In this document: positions 18,338 through 27,432 of the stretch, piece by piece
Position numbering within the stretch: the first letter of the stretch is position 1
Layout: each line of letters begins with the position of its first letter
Notes under the pieces: model-generated
The model's database searches: none
Told to the model about the DNA's origin: nothing
What the model saw: only the letters and a program-made list of their open reading frames with translations
Source: an uncultured Nitrososphaerota archaeon
GTDB lineage: Archaea; Thermoproteota; Nitrososphaeria; Conexivisphaerales; DTJL01
Direction of reading: 5' to 3'
Length of the DNA: 42,476 nt
Assembly (NCBI GenBank): GCA_963842885.1
Contig: CAWJIE010000001.1
Span: 1 to 42,476 of the forward strand
Program-made: the position numbers and the translations under genes

Positions 18338-18795
18338 GATTCCTCACACCTCCCTCTGCTCGGCAGGGCTTCCACTCCGATCTCCTGCCTGAGGATCGCC
18401 TCGATGATGTGCCTGTACTCTGTTCGGACGTACTGGGACGCGAGCATCGCATCGTCGACGTTGGCGCTCACCAAAGCTCTCAGCTCTTCAAGTCCTCGCC
18501 GCCTCAGCAGCTCGTTGAACTTGGCAGCCAGCGATCTAGTGTTCCTGTGCTGGCAGATTACGCAACCAGTCTGGTGCGTGTTTCCTCCGGCGTCGTGGAA
18601 TCTCCGCCCTTCATCCTTCCCATCGTCCCTGAAGAGCCTGACGCCCGACCATGTAGTTCCTCTCCCGTCCAAGCTCATAACGACGGTCGCGGCGCCGCAG
18701 CTCGGGCAGTTCGCCTGTTTGGGGGCATCTCTCTGCTGTCGGAATACCGCCCTGCAGTTCAGACAGCCTATGTCAAGGTGGCCCTGTTGTGGCAT
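18334..18795 (-). CDS. Zinc-ribbon hypothetical protein
   Basis: CLNC, CPSC and CVIC motifs. 4-bp overlap with the ParB gene. Confidence 0.6.
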   Translation of the reverse strand: MPQQGHLDIGCLNCRAVFRQQRDAPKQANCPSCGAATVVMSLDGRGTTWSGVRLFRDDGKDEGRRFHDAGGNTHQTGCVICQHRNTRSLAAKFNELLRRRGLEELRALVSANVDDAMLASQYVRTEYRHIIEAILRQEIGVEALPSRGRCEES

Positions 18796-18891
18796 TTCAT
18801 GTCGACACCTCTCCTGCTATGAGCAGATCCTCCGCTTCGCCTCGATAGGGTGAAACCGGGCATCTGCCCCAACTCAGCTCAGCTCCGACTC

Positions 18892-19881
18892 CTAGTTTAC
18901 TTGAGCCAAATCGAAGCGGTATCCGAAATCTTCCTGCGCGATGCGGTCGAGCCACTTCCCGTCTATGTCCACCGCGATGACGTGCCTGTTCATCGACAGG
19001 ACTTCTTTCACCCATCTGGCCCGGCCGCAGAAGGGATCGAACACGATCTCCCCTTCCCTCGTCAGCGCCTTCACCAGCCTGACCCAGAGCTCCGACGGCT
19101 TCTCCGCTTCGTGTTCCACGGCATTCGGAGCGCATCTCCTGTTCACCTTTTTCACCGAAAGGATGTTCGGCATGCCCAGGTCCCACAGGACGCCGTTCCT
19201 TTCTCCGGCTGTGAACAGGAGGATTTCCATGACTTGGTCGCGGCCGCAGTGGTAGCCCATGCCCATCACCCCCTTGTCCCACGTTACGCTCCCGTAGAAC
19301 ACGAAGCCGACGGATTCGGCGAGCTCGATGAGCTCCCTGATGTGTGGGTATGTGCTCCTGTTGAGGCTGGGGACGAATATCGCGCACGCGCCCCCGCCCC
19401 TTGGGAAGTCGCCTCCAGCCTTCCTCTCCTTGCTGAGCGTGTTCCATTCCTTCGACTTCTTCAGGATCCTGAACGCCTGGGCGAGCCACTCCCTGTCGAT
19501 GTCCCTCTGCTGGTACGTCCTCTCCCCTCCCATGAAAGCGTGAGGCCGCGTCGTCCCTTTGCCCACCCACTTCTTCGTCCCCATGTCGAATGGCGAGTCC
19601 GTGATGAGAGCATCGATCGAGCCCTCCTCGAGTTTTGGCATTACGTCCCAGGCGTCGCCTTCGATGAGGAGGAGCTGCGCTGGCCCGGAGCGCGCGAAGT
19701 AGACGCCCCTGGCTATGCGGATGATCCTGCCCTGCTCCATCGCTTCGTAGAGCCTTGCCCTGACGGTCTCCTCGGCGGTTTCGGGCCTGTACCTTTGCAC
19801 GAACTCGTAGATCGGCTGGAGCGGCTCGGGCGTCTTTTTACAGGCTTCGACGGCTAGGTCTTGGACGGTATGTGAACTCAA
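18892..19881 (-). CDS. Beta-class N6A/N4C DNA methyltransferase with N-terminal wHTH
   Basis: LIEGDA, IDALITDSPF (motif IV variant), HEAEKP and IVFDPFCG (motif I). The N-terminal TVRARLYEAMEQGRIIRIARGVY is wHTH-like. Confidence 0.82.
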   Translation of the reverse strand: MSSHTVQDLAVEACKKTPEPLQPIYEFVQRYRPETAEETVRARLYEAMEQGRIIRIARGVYFARSGPAQLLLIEGDAWDVMPKLEEGSIDALITDSPFDMGTKKWVGKGTTRPHAFMGGERTYQQRDIDREWLAQAFRILKKSKEWNTLSKERKAGGDFPRGGGACAIFVPSLNRSTYPHIRELIELAESVGFVFYGSVTWDKGVMGMGYHCGRDQVMEILLFTAGERNGVLWDLGMPNILSVKKVNRRCAPNAVEHEAEKPSELWVRLVKALTREGEIVFDPFCGRARWVKEVLSMNRHVIAVDIDGKWLDRIAQEDFGYRFDLAQVN

Positions 19882-19917
19882 TCCACATCACCCGGGTCCC
19901 ACCAGGGTCGCTCAGGT

Positions 19918-20337
19918 TCACGGCTTGGCGTTTGACAACTCGCCCCTGGTGAATTGGATGACGTCGTCGTCCCCGTCCCAGGCGGCGTAGATTACGGCCA
20001 TGGGCCCCCCGAACGTCCCGCGGGTGACCTCCCAGGCCGGGGTGCCGACGTATATCTTGTGGGGGTGGACGCATTCGTCGCAGTCCTCGTACCTCCCGAC
20101 CCCGTACCAGATCCTGAGGTCCGTCCCTTCGACCACGATGCAGGGGCCCTGGTAGACGTCCCACGGAGCCAGCGTGACCTCCAGTCCGGCCGCCGTCATC
20201 TTTTCGAGGAGGCCGAACATCGCCGGGTAGTTCGGCCTTATCAGGTAGGATTCGTCTCCGACTATCTGAGGGGCTATCCCCTTCCAGTAACCGACATCCC
20301 TGTCGGCGAAGGCCGGCATCAGCATCTCTCCGGTCAT
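19918..20337 (-). CDS. Hypothetical protein
   Basis: 139-aa ORF with SD GGAGGTG and overlap with the upstream gene. Confidence 0.65.
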   Translation of the reverse strand: MTGEMLMPAFADRDVGYWKGIAPQIVGDESYLIRPNYPAMFGLLEKMTAAGLEVTLAPWDVYQGPCIVVEGTDLRIWYGVGRYEDCDECVHPHKIYVGTPAWEVTRGTFGGPMAVIYAAWDGDDDVIQFTRGELSNAKP

Positions 20338-20540
20338 GTTTTCACCTCCACTTCGTAGACGCAGGAACCCGCCCAGTCGGCCATGGGGTTTGACCCTGCT
20401 TCTCTCTCTATCCCTTTCGGCGTCTTGCCCGTCGTCTCCTTGATGTAGTTGTTCGCTGACCTTGCGGTCTTGAAGACCCCGACGTCGTCGACTAATCCGC
20501 GCCAGAGCGCAACGGCCACGTAGACTCTGTCCTGGCTCAT
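20334..20540 (-). CDS. Hypothetical protein
   Basis: MSQDRVYVAV start with SD GGAGGTGA at 20551-20558. Confidence 0.6.
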   Translation of the reverse strand: MSQDRVYVAVALWRGLVDDVGVFKTARSANNYIKETTGKTPKGIEREAGSNPMADWAGSCVYEVEVKT

Positions 20541-20550
20541 TCCCGCATTC

Positions 20551-20769
20551 TCACCTCCCCTTGAGCACGCGTATGGCCTTCTCAAGCTCGGACGTCGGTA
20601 TCCTGCCCTGCAGCCAGAACTTCACGACTTCGGCGTCCGTCAGGTGCCCGGCAGTGTAATGCTCCCAGGTCCTATGCGCGGGTATGAAGTGCTCCGGGTC
20701 CATCCTGAGCTGCGGGCAGCCCGCGATTTCCGATATTGGCACTGCCCTGAATTGTACTGCCGCGGTCAA
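20551..20769 (-). CDS. Hypothetical protein
   Basis: 72-aa ORF translationally coupled to its neighbours. Confidence 0.55.
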   Translation of the reverse strand: MTAAVQFRAVPISEIAGCPQLRMDPEHFIPAHRTWEHYTAGHLTDAEVVKFWLQGRIPTSELEKAIRVLKGR

Positions 20770-21125
20770 ATGGGTGCGCTTGTCGGGTACATCATGCTGA
20801 CGGTGCTGTTGAACTCGAAGCTATCGATATCCTTGGCCCTGGCCACCCACTCGACGAACTTCTTTACGCCCTCCGCGTTTCTTTCCTCCTTGCATTGTAA
20901 CCCCCTTATGTCATGCGACATCTCTTCGAGCAGGTCGCCTTTGAACAGCGCGTCGCCTCGCTCGCACCAGCTCCGCGTTTCGCCTTCCTTGTACCGCCGG
21001 ACCTGTAGCATCGCCACGTGGGGAGAGTAGTATCCGATGCTGCCATCCACCATCGCGGCAATCACCCAATCGTCCCCCTTGTCTCTGAGGGCCTGATCTA
21101 CCAGGTCCTTGTTTGACATGGTCAA
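20766..21125 (-). CDS. Hypothetical protein
   Basis: 119-aa ORF with 4-bp overlaps at both ends. Confidence 0.65.
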   Translation of the reverse strand: MTMSNKDLVDQALRDKGDDWVIAAMVDGSIGYYSPHVAMLQVRRYKEGETRSWCERGDALFKGDLLEEMSHDIRGLQCKEERNAEGVKKFVEWVARAKDIDSFEFNSTVSMMYPTSAPI

Positions 21126-21319
21126 GCTTGAAGCTCCCCGTCGAGAGACGCCCAGATGGGATAGAGGCCGAATTGGACCCCGAATTTCTCGCTTTCGTTC
21201 CCGAATTCCTCCACCAGCTTGTCCATGCCTCTCAGCCTGGCGAGCCTCCGGGCTTCGGGGTTTTCGATCAGCGCGACCTGCGCCGAAAACTCGGCCTTCC
21301 GCTCTTCAAGGGTCGTCAT
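21122..21319 (-). CDS. Hypothetical protein
   Basis: MTTLEERKAEF start in an ATGA overlap with the upstream stop at 21316. Confidence 0.55.
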   Translation of the reverse strand: MTTLEERKAEFSAQVALIENPEARRLARLRGMDKLVEEFGNESEKFGVQFGLYPIWASLDGELQA

Positions 21320-21777
21320 GCGTGAACATCTTCGTTCGCTTTCGAGTCGAGGGCGATCCCGTGTTTCGCGAGTAGTCGTCCGGCGAGCGCCAAGTCCCTT
21401 CTTCTGGTTTCCCCTTTCAGTTTCATGTATAGCGGGACCTTGTAGCTCTCGAGGACTCTGCACATCGCCCCGTTGATGTCACCGTAGTCCCCCTTCAGCC
21501 ACCATGTGCCCCCGCATTCGGCAGATCGGAAACCATGGTCGCCGTCGAACTGGTTAAGGAACCTGATAGTGGCCTCAGGGTCTTCGAAGTAGGTATCGAA
21601 GAAGCCTTGCCGGTTGAAGTGGGCTATGAAGGATGCATGGAGGGACAAATGCTCGTAAAGCCTGCCAGTGAACCACTCGACCTTGAGGCCATTCTTGAGG
21701 AACCGCTCCCATTGTTCAAGCACGAGGGTCTTCTCCTTCGCGCTCATGAATTCGGAATCCGTCATTGCTCCGTCCAA
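21316..21777 (-). CDS. Hypothetical protein
   Basis: 153-aa aromatic-rich ORF (LYEHLSLHASFIAHFNRQGFFDTYF) with SD GGAGGCGG. Confidence 0.7.
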   Translation of the reverse strand: MDGAMTDSEFMSAKEKTLVLEQWERFLKNGLKVEWFTGRLYEHLSLHASFIAHFNRQGFFDTYFEDPEATIRFLNQFDGDHGFRSAECGGTWWLKGDYGDINGAMCRVLESYKVPLYMKLKGETRRRDLALAGRLLAKHGIALDSKANEDVHA

Positions 21778-22103
21778 ACGTACCGCCTCCTTCTCAATTG
21801 GAATCGGTAGCCGCTCAATCTGATTCTGCAGTCTCGTATGCCTTGCCGCGCGTCCTTATCCTGGTCTCTCCTGTCGTAGTCAGGGTTTCCGTCCTCTCGC
21901 AGTCGCAGCGTGAACACCCACCTTCCCTGTCCTCTTTGCTTCCTCGCTGACGGTGAGCTCATAAGGCCTGTCAGGAGACTGGAGCCACCCCTTCAGGAAA
22001 TCTAGGACATCGGCAGGCCTGCCAAAGGTATGCTCGAATGCCGTCGAACTGTTTTGGGCCAGGATGTGGATCTCGCGTGCTTTGCCGGTCGTTCGGCTCC
22101 CCC

Positions 22104-22460
22104 CTAGTACTCGCCCGGGAGCAAAATGACGCCGTCTGTGTAGTAGAGTTTCAGTTCCCGCTTGGCGTCCGTATAGTCGTAGTCCTGCGTGTAGAGCATG
22201 TTGCCGTTGCCATCATCTATGGTCATTCGCGCCTTTTTCTCGGGCAGGAGGTTGAGCTTCACTACCAGGAACGGCTGCTCGTCGAGTTCAGTCTTGATTA
22301 CGCTGATGGCGTCGGTGGCGACCCATGAATAACCGTTATCCATGACGTATTTCACGCCGTCCGTCGCTAGTACGCCCAACCAGGCCTCATGGTACTCCTC
22401 AGACCCGTGGAAGTTTTCTAATTGCTTCAGCTCCAGGTCGATATCACTCAAGCGAATCAC
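22104..22460 (-). CDS. DUF6876-like protein
   Basis: Pattern LENFHGSE..Y...TDGVKY...W..DAI...DDGNGN..Q.Y.YTD...VILLPGEY, recognised from this MGE-associated family. Confidence 0.7.
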   Translation of the reverse strand: MIRLSDIDLELKQLENFHGSEEYHEAWLGVLATDGVKYVMDNGYSWVATDAISVIKTELDEQPFLVVKLNLLPEKKARMTIDDGNGNMLYTQDYDYTDAKRELKLYYTDGVILLPGEY

Positions 22461-22679
22461 CTTCTGAGAAATCAGGCTAATCCAGCAGCCGCTTCGTTGC
22501 GGTTTACAGGTCTCCAGCAGTCTCTTCGAGGTAAGTCCGGCTTTTGACTGCGACGAAGTTGTCGTTGGCAGGGCTTCGGTTGCTCGAGCGTGGCCTACCC
22601 ATCCACAGGTTCATTGCTCTCGATGATATGGTCGACGCTGGTTAGGTACCTGAAATTCTCTTCTGTCAAGGACATCACC

Positions 22680-23153
22680 TCACCACTGCTCGCATCCGCC
22701 ACATTCGTCAAGGAACCGGGCGAAGCTCAAGACCCAGTCACGGGTCCCCTGGCTCAGCTCGACTACCTTGACTTCGTTCGGGTTGATCGTCACCCGCTCC
22801 TGGCCGAAACCGGCGGCGATGGCGTTCTCCATCTGTATGAGCTGCGCGGTTTCGCCCGTCGTCAGCTCCTCCTCGACCGTGGTCATCCCTTCGACCAGAG
22901 GGGCATTGCGATATCCGTCGGAGTATCCCCTGTCAGGGATCCTGATCTGTTTGACCCTGCTGATGTTATCACATATCAGTCTCGCCCAAGCCTTGCAGGT
23001 GGGCACGCCGATGGGTTCTCCGTCGTTAGTTCCGCTCCATTCGGAGAGGTCCGCATTCAACTGAGTGAGCAGGGTCAGCATGTAGGAGTGGCCCGTCCAG
23101 TTGAGGGTGAAATCCCCGTGCTTGCCGATGTAATGCATCACCAAGCGGTTCAC
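22680..23153 (-). CDS. Hypothetical protein
   Basis: 157-aa ORF in the co-oriented operon. Confidence 0.65.
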   Translation of the reverse strand: MNRLVMHYIGKHGDFTLNWTGHSYMLTLLTQLNADLSEWSGTNDGEPIGVPTCKAWARLICDNISRVKQIRIPDRGYSDGYRNAPLVEGMTTVEEELTTGETAQLIQMENAIAAGFGQERVTINPNEVKVVELSQGTRDWVLSFARFLDECGGCEQW

Positions 23154-23359
23154 CTCGGACGTTCGTCATGCTCAATTCTGACTTCGCATGCCCAGTTCGT
23201 CTTCGATAGGTTCTTTCTCATGTTCCCGATTCGCCTCCAAAATCCTCTTTGACGTCTCGCTTCATTTCAGGTGCTGGCCTACGAGGCCTTTCCATTCTCG
23301 TTCACCCGGGAACGGAATAGGGGGTCGTCGGCCCCCTGCCTTTCATGACATGGCTTCGA

Positions 23360-23632
23360 TCAGTCCAGCATCCTTCTCGGGATGTAGTCGTTGACGGTCC
23401 TGACTCCGTACGTTCCAGCCGGCAGCGTCAGGGCAGCGTGCTGCGGGTGCGTCATCTGGGTCGGCTCCTCCAGCACGACGTACTGCAGCCTCCCGCTCCT
23501 GTACGCCTTCCCCGGAAGGACGTGCGCGTTCCCGGTTTCACTCGCTATCCTCACTTCGTTTCCGACGTGCTCCGCCCTCCTCGGCACCTTCGCTTCGCTT
23601 ACGATTACGTCTCCCTGCCTGTACACCTTCAT
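23360..23632 (-). CDS. Small 'YRQGDV' His-rich protein
   Basis: Motif set YRQGDV...SETGNAH...THPQH..LTLPAGTY.VR. SD GGAGGTG. Confidence 0.75.
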   Translation of the reverse strand: MKVYRQGDVIVSEAKVPRRAEHVGNEVRIASETGNAHVLPGKAYRSGRLQYVVLEEPTQMTHPQHAALTLPAGTYGVRTVNDYIPRRMLD

Positions 23633-23666
23633 GTTCCTCTTTCACCTCCCTTTTGAAAACCCGTTC

Positions 23667-24293
23667 CTAGAAGATTATTTCGTCGCCAGGCTGAGCCCCG
23701 GCCAGCCACAGCTCGCACTCCGCTATGCTCCTTGAAGCATAATCGGGATGCAGGAAATGAAGCCAGACTTGGCCAGTCTCGTCCCTGCCGCCCAGCGCGA
23801 CGGCGTGCGTGCTTCCCCTGAACATCGCCCTTCCCTCCGTCTGCTCGAACAGGAACTTGGCCACCAGCGATCCGTCATGGTACCTCAGCCACTCGGCGAC
23901 CGACACTTCGACGCCCCTTGGCAGCCAGAGCTTCCCGTCCGCCCCCAGATCCACCCGGTGGCCCTCGATGACCGAAACTTGGAGAAGCGAGAGCGCGTAA
24001 TGCAGCCTCCACAGGGAGAGGAGCTTCTCCTCGTCTCCAGTTTCCTGGTGGGCGAGTATCGCTTCGGCGGCTCTGTCTCGGTCGGGGATAAATGCGATCC
24101 TGTCACCCAAGGAGAACTTGAACCCGTTCTCCACCTCTTGCAGTTCCAGTTGTCCAGTGTTGTACCTGATCGTCACCCCGCCGAAGAACTTGTGCTTCAG
24201 AAGCGTGTAAGGGCTCTTCGGTACGACTTCTACTCTTCCCTCCTCGAGAAGGATCAGAAGGTCTTTCCGTTCTTCAAGCAGCTGGCAGCTCAT
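23667..24293 (-). CDS. Hypothetical protein, C-terminus possibly a divergent DUF6745-like domain
   Basis: DETGQVWLHFLHP...SIAECELWLAG loosely resembles that family, and it lies next to the YRQGDV gene. Confidence 0.5.
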   Translation of the reverse strand: MSCQLLEERKDLLILLEEGRVEVVPKSPYTLLKHKFFGGVTIRYNTGQLELQEVENGFKFSLGDRIAFIPDRDRAAEAILAHQETGDEEKLLSLWRLHYALSLLQVSVIEGHRVDLGADGKLWLPRGVEVSVAEWLRYHDGSLVAKFLFEQTEGRAMFRGSTHAVALGGRDETGQVWLHFLHPDYASRSIAECELWLAGAQPGDEIIF

Positions 24294-26502
24294 CTTTATG
24301 CGCCTCGACGAGCCTGTTCAGGGACAGGACGTACTCCCTCATCTCACGGATCTCTTTCGGATCCTTGCTGTGCCTTGCTGCGTTGAGGAAAAGGTCCCTG
24401 AGCTTCTCTTCCTTGACTTCTTTTTCTATGTGGATGACGGAATAAAGTATCTCTGATTCTCCCGGCTTCTCGTAGTCCGCGTAGTGTATGAATTCCGAGG
24501 CATAGTATCTCCTCCCTATTTCTGCATCAAATCCCTTTCTTCCGCTCGCGTCGATTTCGTGAGCGACCCCGAGGTGCGTGAGGAATAAGTCCAGCTCGAA
24601 CACCAGGTCCTCGTCGCCGAAGACGATCATATCAGTCCCATGGTAGTGGCTCGCCAGGGACGGGTCGCTGTAGAGCCCGATCGAGATGGGCCTTGTGCTC
24701 CTTGCCACTTCTTCGAAAGTGAGGGGCCCTATGCTGGTGAATGCCTTCTTCGATGCGAAGCGCCGAACGAAATCGTCGACCGTGATCCCCGTGACCAGCC
24801 AGGGCCTGTCCAGGGTTATCCTGTAGTTCGTCCTGATGGTAGAAAGGATGGGCAGGTACTGAGACATCTTGCCCCGGGGGACCCTGACCGTCCTATCGTC
24901 TAGCGCTTCGGAATTCTCTCTTTCGGTGTGCTTCCTCACGCACTCGAACCTTCCCCAGCTGTAGGAGCCGGTCCCGGCTTCGTGGACGACGACTTCGCCG
25001 ACCGTCTTCTGTTTCTTCGGGATCTTGAGCTTCTGTTCGCTGATGAATTCGTCCGCCAGCCTCACGCCGTGCCTGAGCATGAGATCCAAGACCGTGTCCT
25101 CGTCGCTCCTCCTCCTGAGCTTGAATACCACCGCGCCCGGCAGCTTGTCCTTGACCAGGGAGACCTTGTTCTCGTTGAGCGATGGCAGGTAGAACAGGTC
25201 CGTCGATCGCTTCAGCAGGTCCGCGATCGAGAGGGTATCTCCGGAGCCCCGTGTCTTCACCCTGACGTTCACGAAGTCGCACAAGTCGATGCATTCGGCA
25301 GAAAGGTAGCGCTCGAGCTTGAGCTCCTCGTGGTCCCTCAGCACGGCCTGGTAGTCGGGTGAAAGGGCGAGGTACTCCCCCACCGACCTCGCTTCGAGGA
25401 AGGACAGCGATTCCACCACCCTGGGCTTCAGCCGCTCCATCATCAGCTCCTCCGCCTTCTCGCTCAGCCTCTCCCTGTCCGTCGTCGGCCTGTACTTCCT
25501 CTCGTCCTTTATGTTTAGAAGCCAAGCGCAGAAAGGCAGCGATATGGAGCTGGAGCCGATGGGCGTGCCGAGGAGGTAGGTCTGCGCGACGTACCTCCCC
25601 GAGCTCACCACGCCCAGGTCCTCCGTGCCGTCCTTCTTCAGGACGATGGCAGCATGGAGAGAGAATTCGTCGTCGTCGATGTCGACCGGGATGTACCTGG
25701 CGATCGCTTCATAATAGTACTTCTTCTTCTCGACGATCCCCTTGAGGTACTCTTCGTATTTCTCCGGGCCCAGCCTGTACCTCCCTGCCTTCTTCGGCGG
25801 CTCTTCGTCCCCGTAGTAGGGCCCCTCGAAGTCCTCGGAGAGGTTCAGGTGAGTTTCTATCCCTGGGAACTTCGCGCACCTCGCGATGTATGGGAGGAGC
25901 GATTCTATCCTGATGTCCTGCCGCAGCGTGATTGTTATCCTGGTGCCGTATTCATTGAGGTCCTGGGGCGCGGGGAGGAGGTTGTAACCGATCCCGTTCT
26001 TCCCCAGCACCGCATATTTCGTTCCGTCCTCCCTCGAGAACGTCTCCAGCACCATTATGTCGGACAGGGTCGAGTACGATGCTTTGCCGAGGCCCCACAT
26101 GCCGACCTCGTCGCCTTCCCAGTTGTCGGTCCTTCCGAGGTACCTGTAGAGTTCGAGGAACTTCTCCTGAGATATGCCCAGGCTGTCTATCCCGTGGATG
26201 ACCAGCTTCCTCTGAGACGGGACCAGCGTTATTTCGATCCTGGGACTCGCTCCGAACTGTTTCGCCGATATCCTGCAGGCTCGCGCTTCGTTGTTGTAGA
26301 GCTCCCTGAAGCCCGACTCTGCGTTCGCGTAAAGGTCGTGCGACACCCTCTGTATGATGACGTCCTCCTCGAGCTTGACCTTGATGAGACCGTCCTGCGA
26401 CGCCTCCAAGAGCTTGGGGGCGTAGGAAAGCTCCTCCCTCCCCAGCGCCAGCGGATTCTCTTCCGTTATGGTCGGCCTGTAGATCCTTATCTGTTCGGTC
26501 AT
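24274..26502 (-). CDS. Hsp90/HtpG-like GHKL ATPase with long C-terminal region
   Basis: DLYANAESGFRELYNN (N box), IDSLGIS (G1), VGMWGLG (G2) and GTRITI. SD AGGAGGTG before the ATG at 26502. Confidence 0.82.
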   Translation of the reverse strand: MTEQIRIYRPTITEENPLALGREELSYAPKLLEASQDGLIKVKLEEDVIIQRVSHDLYANAESGFRELYNNEARACRISAKQFGASPRIEITLVPSQRKLVIHGIDSLGISQEKFLELYRYLGRTDNWEGDEVGMWGLGKASYSTLSDIMVLETFSREDGTKYAVLGKNGIGYNLLPAPQDLNEYGTRITITLRQDIRIESLLPYIARCAKFPGIETHLNLSEDFEGPYYGDEEPPKKAGRYRLGPEKYEEYLKGIVEKKKYYYEAIARYIPVDIDDDEFSLHAAIVLKKDGTEDLGVVSSGRYVAQTYLLGTPIGSSSISLPFCAWLLNIKDERKYRPTTDRERLSEKAEELMMERLKPRVVESLSFLEARSVGEYLALSPDYQAVLRDHEELKLERYLSAECIDLCDFVNVRVKTRGSGDTLSIADLLKRSTDLFYLPSLNENKVSLVKDKLPGAVVFKLRRRSDEDTVLDLMLRHGVRLADEFISEQKLKIPKKQKTVGEVVVHEAGTGSYSWGRFECVRKHTERENSEALDDRTVRVPRGKMSQYLPILSTIRTNYRITLDRPWLVTGITVDDFVRRFASKKAFTSIGPLTFEEVARSTRPISIGLYSDPSLASHYHGTDMIVFGDEDLVFELDLFLTHLGVAHEIDASGRKGFDAEIGRRYYASEFIHYADYEKPGESEILYSVIHIEKEVKEEKLRDLFLNAARHSKDPKEIREMREYVLSLNRLVEAHKDELPAA

Positions 26503-26560
26503 GTCATCAAGCACCTCCTTGATTATGTTTCGCGGTCTGAATCCCGTTTCTTCCGGTCAG

Positions 26561-27424
26561 TCAGTCCGACCGCCAGTACACGTAGCCGCCCTTCGTGGTA
26601 TGGGAGACCCCGTCATAGCGGCAGAGCTCCGACTCCCATCCGTCTATGCTCAGGACCTCCTCGACCCAGTCGTCGAGCCCCTTCGTTGTGCTTCCCTGCT
26701 GCACCTGCATCTTCCATATCTCCCCGTCCTCCAGGCTTTCTCTCGCCTTTTCGATGCACCCGTCTTCGTTCCGCATCATCTCGTACCTCTTGTTGTAGAG
26801 GTCGACCTCCAGCGTCACCCACCGCCCTTCCTTCACGTCCTTTACGTCCTCGATGGCGAGGCCCATGTCTTCGAGGAACTCCCTGAGCATGCCAGCCTCT
26901 TCGTCGTCCAGCTCCGCCCCCGCCTTCTCCCAGGTGTAGCGCGGTTCCGGGTTCCTTTCCTGGTAGGCCCTCACGAACTCTTCCTGCTCCCTGATTGACC
27001 CGTCTTCGTCGAACAGGTAGGGCATGACGTCGATGTGCGCTCCGCTCACCCTTGAAATCGCGCGGACGGAAAGCGAACCGGCAAGGAAGAAGAGCTCCTT
27101 CTCCTCGGGGATGTTCCTGCCGAAGAGGCTCTGACGTTGTCTCATCTCCGTCTGCGTCTCCATTTCGAAGCCCTTCTTCCTCGCTTCCGCCGCGAACCGG
27201 TCTTCGAGCGAATCCTGCAGCAGGCGCATCCTCTCCCACAGGTCCGCCGGCACCGCCGCCCTGACCGCGCCGTTCTGGTAGTGCGAAAGCGCGTCCAGTA
27301 CGTTCTTCATCTCTGCCTTCTCCTTCGGCGTCCCGCCCTCCACTGCGCTGAGCGCCTCTTCGAGAGACGGCATGAGCAGCTTTCTTCCTTCGTAGCCTTC
27401 CACTTGCTGCAAATCACCTGTCAC
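26561..27424 (-). CDS. Hypothetical acidic protein
   Basis: 287-aa ORF with typical codon usage for this region. Confidence 0.7.
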   Translation of the reverse strand: MTGDLQQVEGYEGRKLLMPSLEEALSAVEGGTPKEKAEMKNVLDALSHYQNGAVRAAVPADLWERMRLLQDSLEDRFAAEARKKGFEMETQTEMRQRQSLFGRNIPEEKELFFLAGSLSVRAISRVSGAHIDVMPYLFDEDGSIREQEEFVRAYQERNPEPRYTWEKAGAELDDEEAGMLREFLEDMGLAIEDVKDVKEGRWVTLEVDLYNKRYEMMRNEDGCIEKARESLEDGEIWKMQVQQGSTTKGLDDWVEEVLSIDGWESELCRYDGVSHTTKGGYVYWRSD

Positions 27425-27432
27425 CTCCTTTC

